A stretch of 31,403 nt of DNA from assembly GCA_013416795.1 (NCBI GenBank), contig RQSC01000028.1, positions 845,759 to 877,161 of the forward strand, in the 5' to 3' direction. Position numbers and translations under genes: made by a program. The stretch's first letter is position 1. Each line of letters starts with the position of its first letter. This stretch comes from Prasinococcaceae sp. CCMP 1430. Taxonomy: Eukaryota > Plantae > Prasinodermophyta. Of this stretch, positions 30,978-31,403 are shown one piece after another. Below the pieces are notes generated by a model. The model was not told the origin of the DNA, searched no databases, and saw only the letters and a list, made by a program, of their open reading frames with translations.

Positions 30978-31151
30978 NGCGCGCTGTGGCGCCGCCGCGG
31001 CGCGCGGGCGCGAGTGCGCGCGCACGGCGACAAATATTTAGGTATTTCGATAGGGTTCGTGTCATGCGCCGCACGCTTTCTGACGTATTGCAAGGGCACC
31101 GTTATGAACCCAACAGTCTCGCTAACCCAAACCTCGTTTGTTTCCTTGCAA

Positions 31152-31290
31152 GGGCGCGTGGCGCAGTGGATTAGCGCATCAGACTTCGGAGGCAGGAAGG
31201 GCCCATCTCTCTTCCGCCAAAGCTATCTGAGGGTAAACGGCTGCACTGCAACGCCTTTCCTCATCGCGGGTTCGAACCCCGCCGTGCTCG
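31152..31290 (+). tRNA. trnR-UCG: tRNA-Arg(UCG) with two introns: 31190-31224 (35 nt, position 37/38) and 31235-31264 (30 nt, variable loop 47/48)
   Basis: Removing both inserts gives a full cloverleaf: acceptor GGGCGCG/CGTGCTC+G73, D arm GCGC/GCGC with the GG loop, anticodon stem TCAGA/TCTGA with loop CT-TCG-GA, variable loop GGGTC, T arm GCGGG-TTCGAAC-CCCGC. A poly-T run follows 7 nt downstream. Confidence 0.93.
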
Positions 31291-31296
31291 TAGAAC

Positions 31297-31307
31297 TTTT
31301 TTTTTTT
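31297..31307 (+). terminator. RNA polymerase III poly-T terminator of the tRNA-Arg gene
   Basis: T11 run immediately after the discriminator base. Confidence 0.85.
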
Positions 31308-31403
31308 GGCGCCGGCCGCAGTCGAGGCGTCCTTCGCGCGCGCGCACGCGGCGCGCCACACCTCCCCCCCCCCTCCTCGCCCCCGCCCACGCGCTCCCGT
31401 CCC

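Noticed and set aside
9250-30978. Ciliate-like gene scrambling or trans-splicing as the explanation for the chimeric genes
   Set aside because: Every insert is bounded by a single N on one side and a low-complexity GC overlap on the other, the signature expected of gap-filling errors. Kept only as a testable alternative.
31179-31361. 60-aa Lys-rich minus ORF
   Set aside because: Antisense to the tRNA gene; the Lys run is just the poly-T terminator.
1-31403. CRISPR arrays, rRNA, snRNA, transposase or reverse-transcriptase genes, telomeric arrays
   Set aside because: No regularly spaced repeat-spacer units, no recognisable motifs, and TTAGGG-like words occur only singly.

Overview
This is a gene-dense, very GC-rich eukaryotic nuclear region, most likely from a green alga (prasinophyte-grade is an inference). 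Support comes from GT-AG introns with GTGCGY/GTACGY donors and GCTGAC/CTAAC branch points, TGTAA poly(A)-type signals behind most stop codons, plastid-type proteins and a flagellar central-pair gene. It is a draft assembly with four N-runs and five single-N joins; several genes are cut or spliced to unrelated gene fragments at or near these joins. Recognisable genes are an ACR9/10-type ACT-repeat protein, an ankyrin / ShKT-like / double-tetraspanin-like membrane protein, ELF1, ALG3, a DNA polymerase iota fragment, IWS1, LSM1, a selenoprotein U-like AhpC/TSA protein with in-frame UGA and a SECIS, a putative Fe(II)/2OG-type oxygenase, a secreted Cys-repeat protein, a UBL-LRR protein, PF6/SPAG17 interrupted by a DBP9/DDX56 helicase fragment, and RsgA. 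The strongest signals are (1) a tRNA-Arg(UCG) gene with two introns, one canonical at 37/38 and one in the variable loop with an archaeal-type bulge-helix-bulge, (2) the UGA/SECIS selenoprotein, and (3) the ShKT-like/tetraspanin-like architecture. The gene-in-gene chimeras are reported but are more likely gap-filling artefacts than biology. All family assignments come from motif recognition by eye; no database search was run.
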